Source: Trichomonas gallinae (taxonomy: Eukaryota). From it: 38,692 bases of DNA. This document shows, one piece after another, positions 29,594-38,692 of the stretch. The stretch's first letter is position 1, and the number at the start of each line of letters is the position of its first letter. The position numbers and the translations under genes are program-made. A model generated the notes under the pieces. That model saw only the letters and a program-made list of their open reading frames with translations. It had not been told where the DNA came from and did no database searches. The DNA lies in NCBI GenBank assembly GCA_008369845.1, contig MRSU01010621.1, positions 1 to 38,692 on the forward strand, read 5' to 3'.

Positions 29594-32500
29594 TTATATG
29601 ATCTCCTGAGCGAGTTTTTGAACAACAAGCTCAACTTGATTTTCTTGCGTTGGGGGGATCAAGACAGATAATGCATTTTGCTGCAGCAAAGATGGAGATG
29701 ATATCACGATCGAGTTATCAAACTTACCTTTCTGCTCAATTAATTTCGAGAAGTCGAATTTGAGTTCAAGTTTTTCCTGCGATCTTCTAACTAGTCTTAG
29801 CATCGCTGGTCTCCTTGGCTGCTCAGGCTTCTTCTCTTCTGTTTGCTCTTTCTCTTGAACTTCTTCTTGCTTCTTTTCATCTTCAGTGGTGTCATCGTTT
29901 TCGCCATCTGATTCGAAGTATGACTTCAGTTCTCTCTTCCTTGTTTCTCTCCTTGGAGCTGTTCTTCTCGCTCTCTGCGGCTTCTCTTCCTTCTCTTCAT
30001 TGTCCTTTCCATCCTTGTCCTGTTCATCGCTTCCTGACTCCTCATCGCTGGCCTTAGGTCTGACGTATCTAGAGCACTTATCAGCGTTAGGCATGTCTCT
30101 CATGAGATGCATGACTAAATTGTTTGTCAAACCGTATTGATCTGGTCCTGAAATCGTCATGGATCTGTTTCCAGGCATGCCTTGCTCCCTCTTGAGATCC
30201 TCAATAGCCTTAATCACAAGAAGCCAAGGCTTGGAAGGAGCACCGCCTTCAAAGACAACATCAGTGTCAGGAATGGAAACCCTGAACAAAGGAGTGTCAT
30301 CGCCAGTATCAATGATCGATGATCTGTACCAGATTTTTTCGCCGAGGTCTAAGCAGCTCTGATATAAACGCTCAGTCTCGAAGCCATCTGGATAAAGGTA
30401 TCTTTCATTGTGGAAGCCTGGCCTGTCATAAACAACAGTGCCCATTGCGTTGATTATTAAATTCGGGCCGACTTTAATTGGGAAAACTGGATTTCCATCT
30501 TTGTCCTTCTTGTAATCTGGAATTGCGAAGCTATGCAGTGTGAGAACACCATTCCTCTGGTGTGGCTCTGAAGACCTCTGGATCTGCTGGATCTTCTTTG
30601 TGAGTTTTGACTCGATTAATTCGTTGTTGAATAGTTGCTTCATTTCTTCGTTTTCCAATGACTTTGTGTAACCGAGTTCACAGAATAACTCTAGAATCCT
30701 TTTATCATTCTTCGTTATCTTGTTATCTTCAACTTTGGCAAGGAAATCGCGAGCCTGCTTAAACATTTCGACTCTCTTTCTGATTCTCATTGCCTGGAAG
30801 AAAGTGAGTTTTTCTGCAAGATTTGATGCATCTGGTTCGTCCTTTTCCTCTCTGAATTCATTGCAATACTTCATGAGGATGTTGAAGAACTCGTCAACTT
30901 GCTCCGGAGACTTAAGAAGGACTTCAGTGTTCTTCATGAATGTCTGAGCATCAGGATAACCGAAATTGCATAATGATGAAACAACAGCTTTCTGCTCTTT
31001 CCTTGACCATTCCTTCTTTGTCGTGATCACGTTGATGTCGCCACCTTGTTGTTGGACAATTGACATCTTCTTCTGGTTGACGATGGCTTTGAGTCTGTTT
31101 GTCAGCATCTTAGGAAGAATCTGCTCATCTTTGGAGAACTTGATGTCATTGAAGTTTGGATAACCGGCCTTGTAGATTCCGTAAATTAAAGCTTTGTCGT
31201 CCTCTTCTGTCCACCATTCTGCTGGCTTTCCTGCTGTTGTGTTTCCAACATCGAGGTCTTCTGGAGGATTCTGGCAGCTGTAGACCATCTGGTTGACGAA
31301 ATACATTGTGTTAAGTCTTGAAATTCTCTGCTGGTTTCCTGAACCCGCAACAGCAACAGCATTGAAGTCGTCTCTCTTGAGTTTGTAGAACTTGATCTCC
31401 CATCTGTCTGTCTCAGGATTTATGCCTTGATCGTAGATGAACTGGAGAAGCGGGTCAGGCTCTTCAAGAAGCGAGATCCAGTGCTTCAAGAATATGTGGC
31501 AGACTGTTTTGATTGTAGGCTGTGGACAGTTGACATCGAAGTCTGTTTGTATAGCTTTCCATCTTCCCCAGCCGTATCTTTGCAAGCATTGTTGAAGCGA
31601 TGTCAATTTCTTCTTGCTCCAGTTGTAGTCCTGATCATCTGTGTCCATCTTCATTGCCATCTTCGCGAGTTCTTCGGCTGAAACAGATGCGTCCATCGAC
31701 GACTCTCTCTTCAGTCTCTTGCGCATAGCGATTGGAACATCATCGAGAATGTCATCTTCCTTGACTTGAGGCATGTACTTCATCCAGAAGTCTGGCGCTG
31801 AGACATCAACTTCGTCGCCATCGTCGACATCGAAAGAAAGCTTGGAAAACGTTGAGCTTTCGCCTGAACCAATCTGCTCGTGTTTAATTGTCTTTGAGTT
31901 AGAAAGAATTGTGTCGATATCAGCTTCGTTGTATATCTCTGATGATCCGTCATCTTCTTCGAAGGCATAATAAGCACCAAGTCTCAGCAGTTTCTCCATA
32001 TCTTCGTTCTTTGGTTTTTCCTTTGTGTTCTCTAAAACAGCTTGATCGAGACCCAATTTCATTGAAGCAATATCGAACATCTTCTTTTCGTATGTTTTTG
32101 CCATCAGGAATCTATAAACTTTGACATTCTTCTTCTGACCAATTCTGTGTGCACGTGCTGTTGCCTGGAGATCGTTCTGTGGGTTCCAGTCTGAATCAAA
32201 GATGATTACAGTGTCAGCTGATGTAAGGTTGATGCCTTGGCCGCCAGCTTTTGTGCTGCACAAGAAAATGAAGTCTTCGCTTCCTGGAGCGTTGAATCTG
32301 TCAATCATTTCCTGTCTCAATTCAGTCTTAACTGATCCATCGAGTCTCTCGAACTTGTAGCCTCTGTAAACAAGATAGTCCTGAATGATATCGAGCATCA
32401 TAGCGAACTGAGAGAACAAAATAACTCTGTGTCCGTCACTTTTCAGCTTCGCGAGAAGTTTATCGAGCAAAATCATTTTTCCTGCAGATCTTATGAGTGA

Positions 32501-34084
32501 TTCGTTAATGAATCTAGCATCTAGTGGATGATCAGGATCCATCTTCATCATCGCCTTCCTTTCAATTAGAATCTGGTCTTCTGCGCCTTTGATTAAATAT
32601 GGATGATTGCAGACTTTTCGCAATTCCATGGATATGTTTATCAAGTTCGTCGTGTTAGATGAGTGAGCGCCTCTATGCAGATACTCTATGTTCTTAGAGT
32701 AGATGTTTTGATAGTAAGCTCGTTGATGGCTCGTCATTCCGCACTCTATAATCACTTCTTCTAAAGGAGCCAAAGATTTTTCGACGTCGCCTTTGAGGCG
32801 GCGAAGCATAAGAGGCGACAAAATGCTCTTGAGCTCTTCTATTTGATCGGCATCATTCAAAACACCGAATTTTTCTTTGAATTCTTGCATATCGTTGAAT
32901 CTTTTTTCATCTAAAAAGTTTAGAAGCGACCAAAGTTCTTGTGTGTTGTTCTGCAGTGGTGTACCTGTCATGAGGAGTTTGAATTCACCTTTATATGCAT
33001 GCATTGTTGTTGATAATTTGGAATCAAAATTCTTTAATCTGTGAGCTTCATCGACAATAATGGTTTGCCATACAAATTTGTCTTCAAATAGCTTAGCTTC
33101 TTTGACAGCATATTCGTATGTCGTCAATAATACATTAAATTTTGGAATTGATGTTTCTGGATAGAATAGATCGTATTTGATCAATGCATGGCGCTTATCT
33201 TTGCTTCCATAGAATGCCACAACGCGTAAATCGGACCAATCTTCAAGTTCTCTTTCCCAATGTGGAATTGTTGTGAGAGGAGCCAAAATAAGGAACGGTC
33301 CGTTGTTCTTCTGCTTCTTGTGAAGGTAATTAAGGAATATAGAAGCCTGGCAAGTCTTTCCAAGACCCATTTCATCAGCCAAAATCGCGTTTTTGTTGTG
33401 ATACCACGAATTCACGAAGAAATTTAGACCCTCCAGCTGGTATGAGCGGACTTTCTTGCCAGATTTGGATGGCTCATATGTAGTAATTGGCTTATAATCT
33501 TCTGGCTTTGGACGCGGTGGAATAAAGCGCGATTTTTCATCAGGAATCTGATTTTCTCTGTTGTACTGCTCGATTAAGTCGTTCAACAAAGGCGAAACAG
33601 GTTCATAAGTGAGCTCATCGTAATCAAGACCTTTCCACTTGACAATGTAGAATGTAACGTCTTCTATAACCTCTGTGCCGACGACTTTTTCTGGTTGTAA
33701 GTAATCTTCTGGGAAAAATGGCTCTTTTGGTGGATTATTCGCGTAAACTTTAAGATATCGAGCAAGTAGTTGCTTAGCCTTGTTCGTGAGCAGCTCCTGC
33801 TCAGACATCCACTGACAATGGCGATAAGACTTGTTTCTTAATTTGACAAAATATTCATTTGCTGTGCCGTCAATTGTCTTGCGGTGCGAGAAAATCTTCT
33901 GAATAAGTCCTTTCTTTTTCGGAAGTTCTTCTTCGAATTCCTCGTCGCCATCTTCATTTACGATTATTTTCCCTTTGTGTGGCCTTGTATGCATCTTTGA
34001 TTCATCTGAAGATAGAGACGAGTCTGACAATGTCTCTTCAGTTGTTGACATTTCTTCAGTTGAATCAGTTCCAGAGTTTTCCAT
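29594..34084 (-). CDS. CHD-family SNF2 chromatin remodeler with tandem chromodomains and C-terminal FYRN/FYRC; probable start ATG34084 (alternative 34144)
   Basis: Chromodomains (EYFVKL..KSYRHCQW, YIVKWKGLDYDELTYE); ILADEMGLGKT, DEAHRLKN, TGTPLQN, DSDWNPQNDLQA.ARAHRIGQ; SANT-like YGWGRW and WWTEEDDKAL; FYR motifs FHNERYLYPDGF and ISGPDQYGL. Confidence 0.93.
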   Translation of the reverse strand: MENSGTDSTEEMSTTEETLSDSSLSSDESKMHTRPHKGKIIVNEDGDEEFEEELPKKKGLIQKIFSHRKTIDGTANEYFVKLRNKSYRHCQWMSEQELLTNKAKQLLARYLKVYANNPPKEPFFPEDYLQPEKVVGTEVIEDVTFYIVKWKGLDYDELTYEPVSPLLNDLIEQYNRENQIPDEKSRFIPPRPKPEDYKPITTYEPSKSGKKVRSYQLEGLNFFVNSWYHNKNAILADEMGLGKTCQASIFLNYLHKKQKNNGPFLILAPLTTIPHWERELEDWSDLRVVAFYGSKDKRHALIKYDLFYPETSIPKFNVLLTTYEYAVKEAKLFEDKFVWQTIIVDEAHRLKNFDSKLSTTMHAYKGEFKLLMTGTPLQNNTQELWSLLNFLDEKRFNDMQEFKEKFGVLNDADQIEELKSILSPLMLRRLKGDVEKSLAPLEEVIIECGMTSHQRAYYQNIYSKNIEYLHRGAHSSNTTNLINISMELRKVCNHPYLIKGAEDQILIERKAMMKMDPDHPLDARFINESLIRSAGKMILLDKLLAKLKSDGHRVILFSQFAMMLDIIQDYLVYRGYKFERLDGSVKTELRQEMIDRFNAPGSEDFIFLCSTKAGGQGINLTSADTVIIFDSDWNPQNDLQATARAHRIGQKKNVKVYRFLMAKTYEKKMFDIASMKLGLDQAVLENTKEKPKNEDMEKLLRLGAYYAFEEDDGSSEIYNEADIDTILSNSKTIKHEQIGSGESSTFSKLSFDVDDGDEVDVSAPDFWMKYMPQVKEDDILDDVPIAMRKRLKRESSMDASVSAEELAKMAMKMDTDDQDYNWSKKKLTSLQQCLQRYGWGRWKAIQTDFDVNCPQPTIKTVCHIFLKHWISLLEEPDPLLQFIYDQGINPETDRWEIKFYKLKRDDFNAVAVAGSGNQQRISRLNTMYFVNQMVYSCQNPPEDLDVGNTTAGKPAEWWTEEDDKALIYGIYKAGYPNFNDIKFSKDEQILPKMLTNRLKAIVNQKKMSIVQQQGGDINVITTKKEWSRKEQKAVVSSLCNFGYPDAQTFMKNTEVLLKSPEQVDEFFNILMKYCNEFREEKDEPDASNLAEKLTFFQAMRIRKRVEMFKQARDFLAKVEDNKITKNDKRILELFCELGYTKSLENEEMKQLFNNELIESKLTKKIQQIQRSSEPHQRNGVLTLHSFAIPDYKKDKDGNPVFPIKVGPNLIINAMGTVVYDRPGFHNERYLYPDGFETERLYQSCLDLGEKIWYRSSIIDTGDDTPLFRVSIPDTDVVFEGGAPSKPWLLVIKAIEDLKREQGMPGNRSMTISGPDQYGLTNNLVMHLMRDMPNADKCSRYVRPKASDEESGSDEQDKDGKDNEEKEEKPQRARRTAPRRETRKRELKSYFESDGENDDTTEDEKKQEEVQEKEQTEEKKPEQPRRPAMLRLVRRSQEKLELKFDFSKLIEQKGKFDNSIVISSPSLLQQNALSVLIPPTQENQVELVVQKLAQEII

Positions 34085-34755
34085 TTTTTTCTGTAAAGAG
34101 CTAAATTTTGTGTACGTTAACGCCACAAAAAATCGTTTTCTCATCCATTTTCGCTATCTATACACTCTAATAAGTTGATATTTCGATGAAAAAATGTCTG
34201 ACTTAAATTAAATAGATTGCCCGCTAAAAAGTGTCAGAAATTGGATTTTCCCGCGCTGGCATGTAAAGTGTCAAAAATACATCATTTTGACAAACGCGTT
34301 GCAAAGCTGTCTAATTGCTTTTTCTAAATATAAAAATTGCATTTTCATACTCTTTATCTCGTGTAGAAGCAATTAATGATGTTTTTAAGTAAAAATATGT
34401 TTTAATATTGGGATTTTTCTTTCAACATCATCTTACTGTGCTAGTTCTTAGATATCATTATCATAGATACTCAATGATGTATATATTATTAGTTTGAGTC
34501 ATATTTATCAGCAACATCGAATTTTCATTACTAAATATTTTGATTCTTGTTTTACGCTAGTGAAATGCCAAAAACTAATGATGCATGTGGGAAATTCTTA
34601 AGATATTTTCTGAAGTTGCATTATAGCCTCATTAATAAAAATCTACCAATTATTGAATTTTTTTTTTTTGGAATGTTAATAATGAGGGAACAGATTTGTT
34701 ATCGATATGTGTGAATAAATATTGTTGGATTTTGAGTAAACATACAAACAATTGT

Positions 34756-35361
34756 TTATAATTTATATGATGGATTTTTGTCGAAAAAGTCGAAGGCATT
34801 ATCAAGCATCCTCTGTGTCTCATAGTCGTGATCGAAATAGTAATCAGGAGGGAAACATTTTGGAGTAACTAAGCAAATATCAAATAATTCTTCGTATTCA
34901 CTTGGTATTTTAGGATCCCTGTCATGTGTTGGTTCAGACATTCTTGGTGGTTTAAAGTGATAAACGTCTAGATTTTCTTTAACAATCCTGCGAGGTGGAT
35001 TTGGTGCTAAATTAGTTGAAACACTTGCTGAATTAGCGTGCTTAATCTCTTGTGGACGTGGAGGAAGGCTTACCGGCTTTTCTTCTTTAATTGGTGGTGC
35101 AGGTGGAGGTGGACTTGCTGGAGGAGGTGTAATTTCCACAGAAAGTTGTGCTTCTTCTTGCACTGGTTTCGGTGGCTCTGGTGTAGCTTCTTCTACAGGA
35201 TCAGAAAAAATATTATTTACATTAATTCCGTGATTTGTTAATACATATTGATTTCTAATTGTGATAATCTTTTCGTTAATCAATTTGGGTGGCTCACCAC
35301 CTACTTTGTAGTTCGGAAAATAAATAGGGCCAGTATAAAGTTGACCCCAGGGGAAATTCAT
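34756..35361 (-). CDS. Proline-rich hypothetical protein; probable start ATG35361 (alternative 35415)
   Basis: ORF with a central PPPASPPPPAPP tract and an aromatic C-terminal segment. Confidence 0.65.
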   Translation of the reverse strand: MNFPWGQLYTGPIYFPNYKVGGEPPKLINEKIITIRNQYVLTNHGINVNNIFSDPVEEATPEPPKPVQEEAQLSVEITPPPASPPPPAPPIKEEKPVSLPPRPQEIKHANSASVSTNLAPNPPRRIVKENLDVYHFKPPRMSEPTHDRDPKIPSEYEELFDICLVTPKCFPPDYYFDHDYETQRMLDNAFDFFDKNPSYKL

Positions 35362-35682
35362 ATGATTTTGACAAATAATTCTGAAAAATTGCCAAATAAA
35401 CTCAAAATATGACATATAAATTCTAATATTGTCAAAAATATATGAAAATCAGTTATATGTTTTTCGACTAATCATTAGTGCGCAGACTATATCATATCAA
35501 GACTGGCCATATATATAACATTGAAATCGATAATATGAATTTAAAAATATAATAATGAAAGAAATTAGGTTTGTATAATTACAATATGTTTAAAGTACAT
35601 TATAAAACAAATACAATAATTGTGATGAATTTTGATATAAGATATTTCTCGAAATATGTGTTTTTTGTTGAAGTAATTAGGC

Positions 35683-35886
35683 TTATTCGATTACTGACTT
35701 CTTGAGTGATAGCAATAACAATATAAGACAGGCAGCAACTGAGATTATTGGCAAAAGTGTAAAGTGAATTGGCCTTCCTTGTGCGATTTGGCTCTGAATT
35801 TTGTGTAATCTGTTTGTGAGTTCTTCTATTTTCTCATCAACTTTCTGTTGGCGCCTCTGTATTTCGTCATTTGTAATTTCGCTCAT
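35683..35886 (-). CDS. 67-aa coiled-coil, tail-anchored microprotein
   Basis: Heptad-like N-terminus, C-terminal hydrophobic helix followed by KK, two AAAAGTGAC motifs 12-40 nt upstream. Confidence 0.6.
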   Translation of the reverse strand: MSEITNDEIQRRQQKVDEKIEELTNRLHKIQSQIAQGRPIHFTLLPIISVAACLILLLLSLKKSVIE

Positions 35887-36293
35887 TTATTAAATTTGTC
35901 ACTTTTAGATTTTTCTTGTCACTTTTTGCGTATTATCACGACAACTTCATCATTCATGAAAATCTTTTTCTGGCCGCTATTTTCACAATTTGTTGATGAA
36001 GACTCTTATTATTTATTCACTTAGTTTATAGTATTATATTATATATCCTTTTTAAACAGATTCCTGTGACAAAACAATATTTGTTGAATGCTAAGATTCA
36101 TTTTCGTTTTTATTCCTTCTTTATATGCATAAATTGCGCGTAGATAAATAAGCGATAAATAGTTTTTAAATAGAACAACTCGTGTACTTCAATCTTCAAC
36201 TAATTACATAACAAATTGTTCGCTAAAATAAGTTCAATAGATGTCAAAAAAAAAAAAATGAAAATAATATAAATTTATGATTTACGAATAGTT

Positions 36294-38351
36294 TTAAAGG
36301 TACTGAAGAAGGATTGTGTGATCCTCGGAGCCAGAAACCATCATCTTCTGGTCCTTGTTGACTCTAACCATGTTAACCTTCTCAGCGTGCTTCTGGAATT
36401 CCTTGCCGAGTTCAATCTTCTTTGATGAAGCGTTGTATGATCCGAGCATAACTCTGCCGTCCATGAAGCCGAGTGCGAACTTGAATCCTGGAAGCATATC
36501 AATAGCAGTGACGCAGCCAATCTTATCGTTGCATGCGAGCTTGCCATCTCTCTCATAGATAGACAAACCATTCTCTGCGCCGACGATAACATAGCCGCTC
36601 GTTTCATCCCAAGCGACGCAGTAAGCCTTGACGCCGAGCTCGACCCTTGTAAGAACTGTGCCGTTCTCAGCATCGAAAATTCTGAGGACGCCATTGATGC
36701 ATGTTGCAGCGACTGCTGTGTCATCTGGTGCAGCAGCGAGGCCAGTGACAGCGACTTTTCCGACTGTGACATCACCGGCTGGTGTTCCTGAGTTGAATCT
36801 TCTCTTCTTGTCTTCGCCGCGTGTTCTCACGACGACGCCACCTCTGTCATCACCAGAGGCGATCCACTGCTTGCCGACGGCGATCTTTGTGAGCTCTCTG
36901 AAGTGGCCCATGTACTGTAAGACATCTGGCCACCTTGTGAGCCACATTGATGTGCCGGGAGGAATGTCATCGAAGACGAAATCGCTGCCAGTCAACTTGA
37001 GAGAAGAGTTCTCTGTCTCAGAGTACTCGACATCGACAGACTGGTATGTCGGGAGGATCTTGTTCTGTAGAGAAAGAGGAGCGACAACAGATGCGAATGG
37101 AAGATCGAGCTTTGAAAGTGGCTCGCCGATGAACTTGGCGAAGTTCGATGTAGGCTGAAGAACTCTGATGATCTTTTCGTCTGAGCAGAAGCCGAACTTG
37201 TCTTCCTCGATCTGAGCGACATCGTGGATCGTGTGGCCGTGGATGAGTGGGCGAGCGAGCTCAACGAAAGCGCCGTCAACGTTGCCGAAGACGCGGGCGA
37301 CTTTGTCGAGACCTGTTGAAATAAAGTAGTTGTCCGATGACCAGCAGACCGAAGAAACAGTGTCGAAGTGGCCGGAGAAGCAGCGAACTGGCTTTCCATC
37401 GATCCAGTGCGAGAATGTGCCGTTCCTGGAGTTGGAAATGATGTCGCGTGGGCCGAGAAGGCGGCATGCGATCATACCTGATTGATCATCAACGACAGAT
37501 GTTGATCCGAGACGGATTGAAACATCGTAGTCTTCTTCTGATGCTGTCCAGAGAAGGACTTGGCCATCGAAAGAGCATGAGCAGAGTGTTTCGCCCTTCC
37601 AGAAATCGATACCATTAACCCAATCTGTGTGGCCGCAAAGAACGTTCTGTAATGCGACATTGAGCTCAGCGTTAGCGAAGTGGAGTACAGATTGTGTATC
37701 AATTGTAACACCTAAGTTGATGAGTTGTGTAGAATCGTATGGTGTGATCTTCCAGACGCGAACTGTACGGTCCTGGCTGGCAGATCCGAAAAGAATTGTG
37801 CCCTTTGCATCGACAGCGAATTTGATTGACTGGCACCATGCATTTCCGGCCAAAACGACTTCAGACTTTGTATCTGGAATGATTAAATGGATTGGTCCGT
37901 CTGGATGTGCCATGCCGAGGATCATCGAGTCGTGTGTTTCGAGGATTGCTAATCCAACAGCACGCATATCTGGTGTTTCGAGTCCTGATGGCTCTAGCTT
38001 CGTATCTTTAAGCTTGAGTAATGCTGTGCCCGTAAGTGCTGTGCTGATGAATACGTAGTTCTTTGAAACAGCGAGGCGGTGGATAGACGATTTAAATGTT
38101 TTCTCTTCGAATTGTTCGCCTGTTGTAGGATCGAAAATCATTAAACTGCCTTCTGAAGTACCGACAACGATGTTGCCGTCCTCAGTGAACTTAACGCAGG
38201 TGATAATACCTTTGTGAAGTGGAATATATTGTACTGTTAAGTAATTTTTGAGACTTTGAACAAGAACACACGAGCCTGAGCCGTAAGCAAGCAAACTGCC
38301 CTTAGCATCCCAGGAATCTGGGTCTGCATTTGCACCTCCGAATGCCTGCAT
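36294..38351 (-). CDS. ELP2: Elongator complex subunit 2 (double WD40 propeller)
   Basis: SASQDRTVRVW, L.GHTDWV, SGHF..V..V.W, ELARP.IHGH, DEKIIRV, LSLQNK and TRWP....MGH..E match ELP2 motifs. Confidence 0.85.
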   Translation of the reverse strand: MQAFGGANADPDSWDAKGSLLAYGSGSCVLVQSLKNYLTVQYIPLHKGIITCVKFTEDGNIVVGTSEGSLMIFDPTTGEQFEEKTFKSSIHRLAVSKNYVFISTALTGTALLKLKDTKLEPSGLETPDMRAVGLAILETHDSMILGMAHPDGPIHLIIPDTKSEVVLAGNAWCQSIKFAVDAKGTILFGSASQDRTVRVWKITPYDSTQLINLGVTIDTQSVLHFANAELNVALQNVLCGHTDWVNGIDFWKGETLCSCSFDGQVLLWTASEEDYDVSIRLGSTSVVDDQSGMIACRLLGPRDIISNSRNGTFSHWIDGKPVRCFSGHFDTVSSVCWSSDNYFISTGLDKVARVFGNVDGAFVELARPLIHGHTIHDVAQIEEDKFGFCSDEKIIRVLQPTSNFAKFIGEPLSKLDLPFASVVAPLSLQNKILPTYQSVDVEYSETENSSLKLTGSDFVFDDIPPGTSMWLTRWPDVLQYMGHFRELTKIAVGKQWIASGDDRGGVVVRTRGEDKKRRFNSGTPAGDVTVGKVAVTGLAAAPDDTAVAATCINGVLRIFDAENGTVLTRVELGVKAYCVAWDETSGYVIVGAENGLSIYERDGKLACNDKIGCVTAIDMLPGFKFALGFMDGRVMLGSYNASSKKIELGKEFQKHAEKVNMVRVNKDQKMMVSGSEDHTILLQYL

Positions 38352-38623
38352 TAAAATTTTTGCCCCCTCTTTTTTTTTTTATAGTGAGCCACTTAGATTT
38401 TGGATATTTTAGTGTGTATTTCAGGATTGATGATTGTTTTTGCCATTAAATGGCATAATTTTTGTCCGATTTTAACAAAATAAGAAATTTTTCAAAAAAA
38501 TGGTGGCGGAATTTTGTATTGAATGTTAGAAATTAATATATTCGTTGTCTGCTTTATCTATAGATAGTGCAAAAAGAAAATTTTCGAAAATTCATGAATG
38601 TTTTAGAAAATTAAAAAAAGACT

Positions 38624-38692
38624 TGCACTGCCCGGGAATCGAACCCGGATCAAAAGCTTGGAAGGCTCTCATGATAACCACTACACTAGCAG
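38624..38692 (-). tRNA. tRNA-Gly(TCC), about 3 nt missing at the 5' end (window edge)
   Basis: Minus strand CTGCTAGTGTAGTGGTTATCATG-AGAGC-CTTCCAA-GCTTT-TGAT-CCGGG-TTCGATT-CCCGG-GCAGTGC-A, followed by a T run at 38613-38619. Confidence 0.95.

Overview
AT-rich, gene-dense, almost intronless eukaryotic DNA, most likely a trichomonad (Trichomonas-like parabasalid). The assignment rests on a BspA-like LRR gene, TCA(T/C)T initiator-like and AAAGTGAC core-promoter motifs, and a very short GT...TCTAAC...CAG intron. The window starts inside tRNA-Thr(AGT) and ends inside tRNA-Gly(TCC), which face each other. Between them lie about 20 protein genes: BspA-like LRR, AP-1 gamma adaptin, LisH-RasGEF, CAMK-group kinase, a coiled-coil protein, DNAAF1-like LRR, ARL3-like GTPase, Rpn10-like vWA, SLC35-type transporter, SNRNP40-like WD40, a pseudokinase, a VPS9-like protein, an epimerase-like/glycosyltransferase-like membrane protein, an EF-hand/CaaX protein, a hypothetical, PAP2 phosphatase, a CHD remodeler with FYR domain, a Pro-rich protein, a tail-anchored microprotein and ELP2. 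Features the ORF track misses: a 23-nt intron in the ARL3-like gene, an AUG-less N-terminal extension of the BspA-like gene, a tandem-RRM pseudogene, a ubiquitin-like fragment, several intergenic tandem repeats and a recurring TTACGTGTCAA motif. I found no transposon, CRISPR array or clearly new multi-gene system. All family calls come from recognising motifs by eye, not from database searches.
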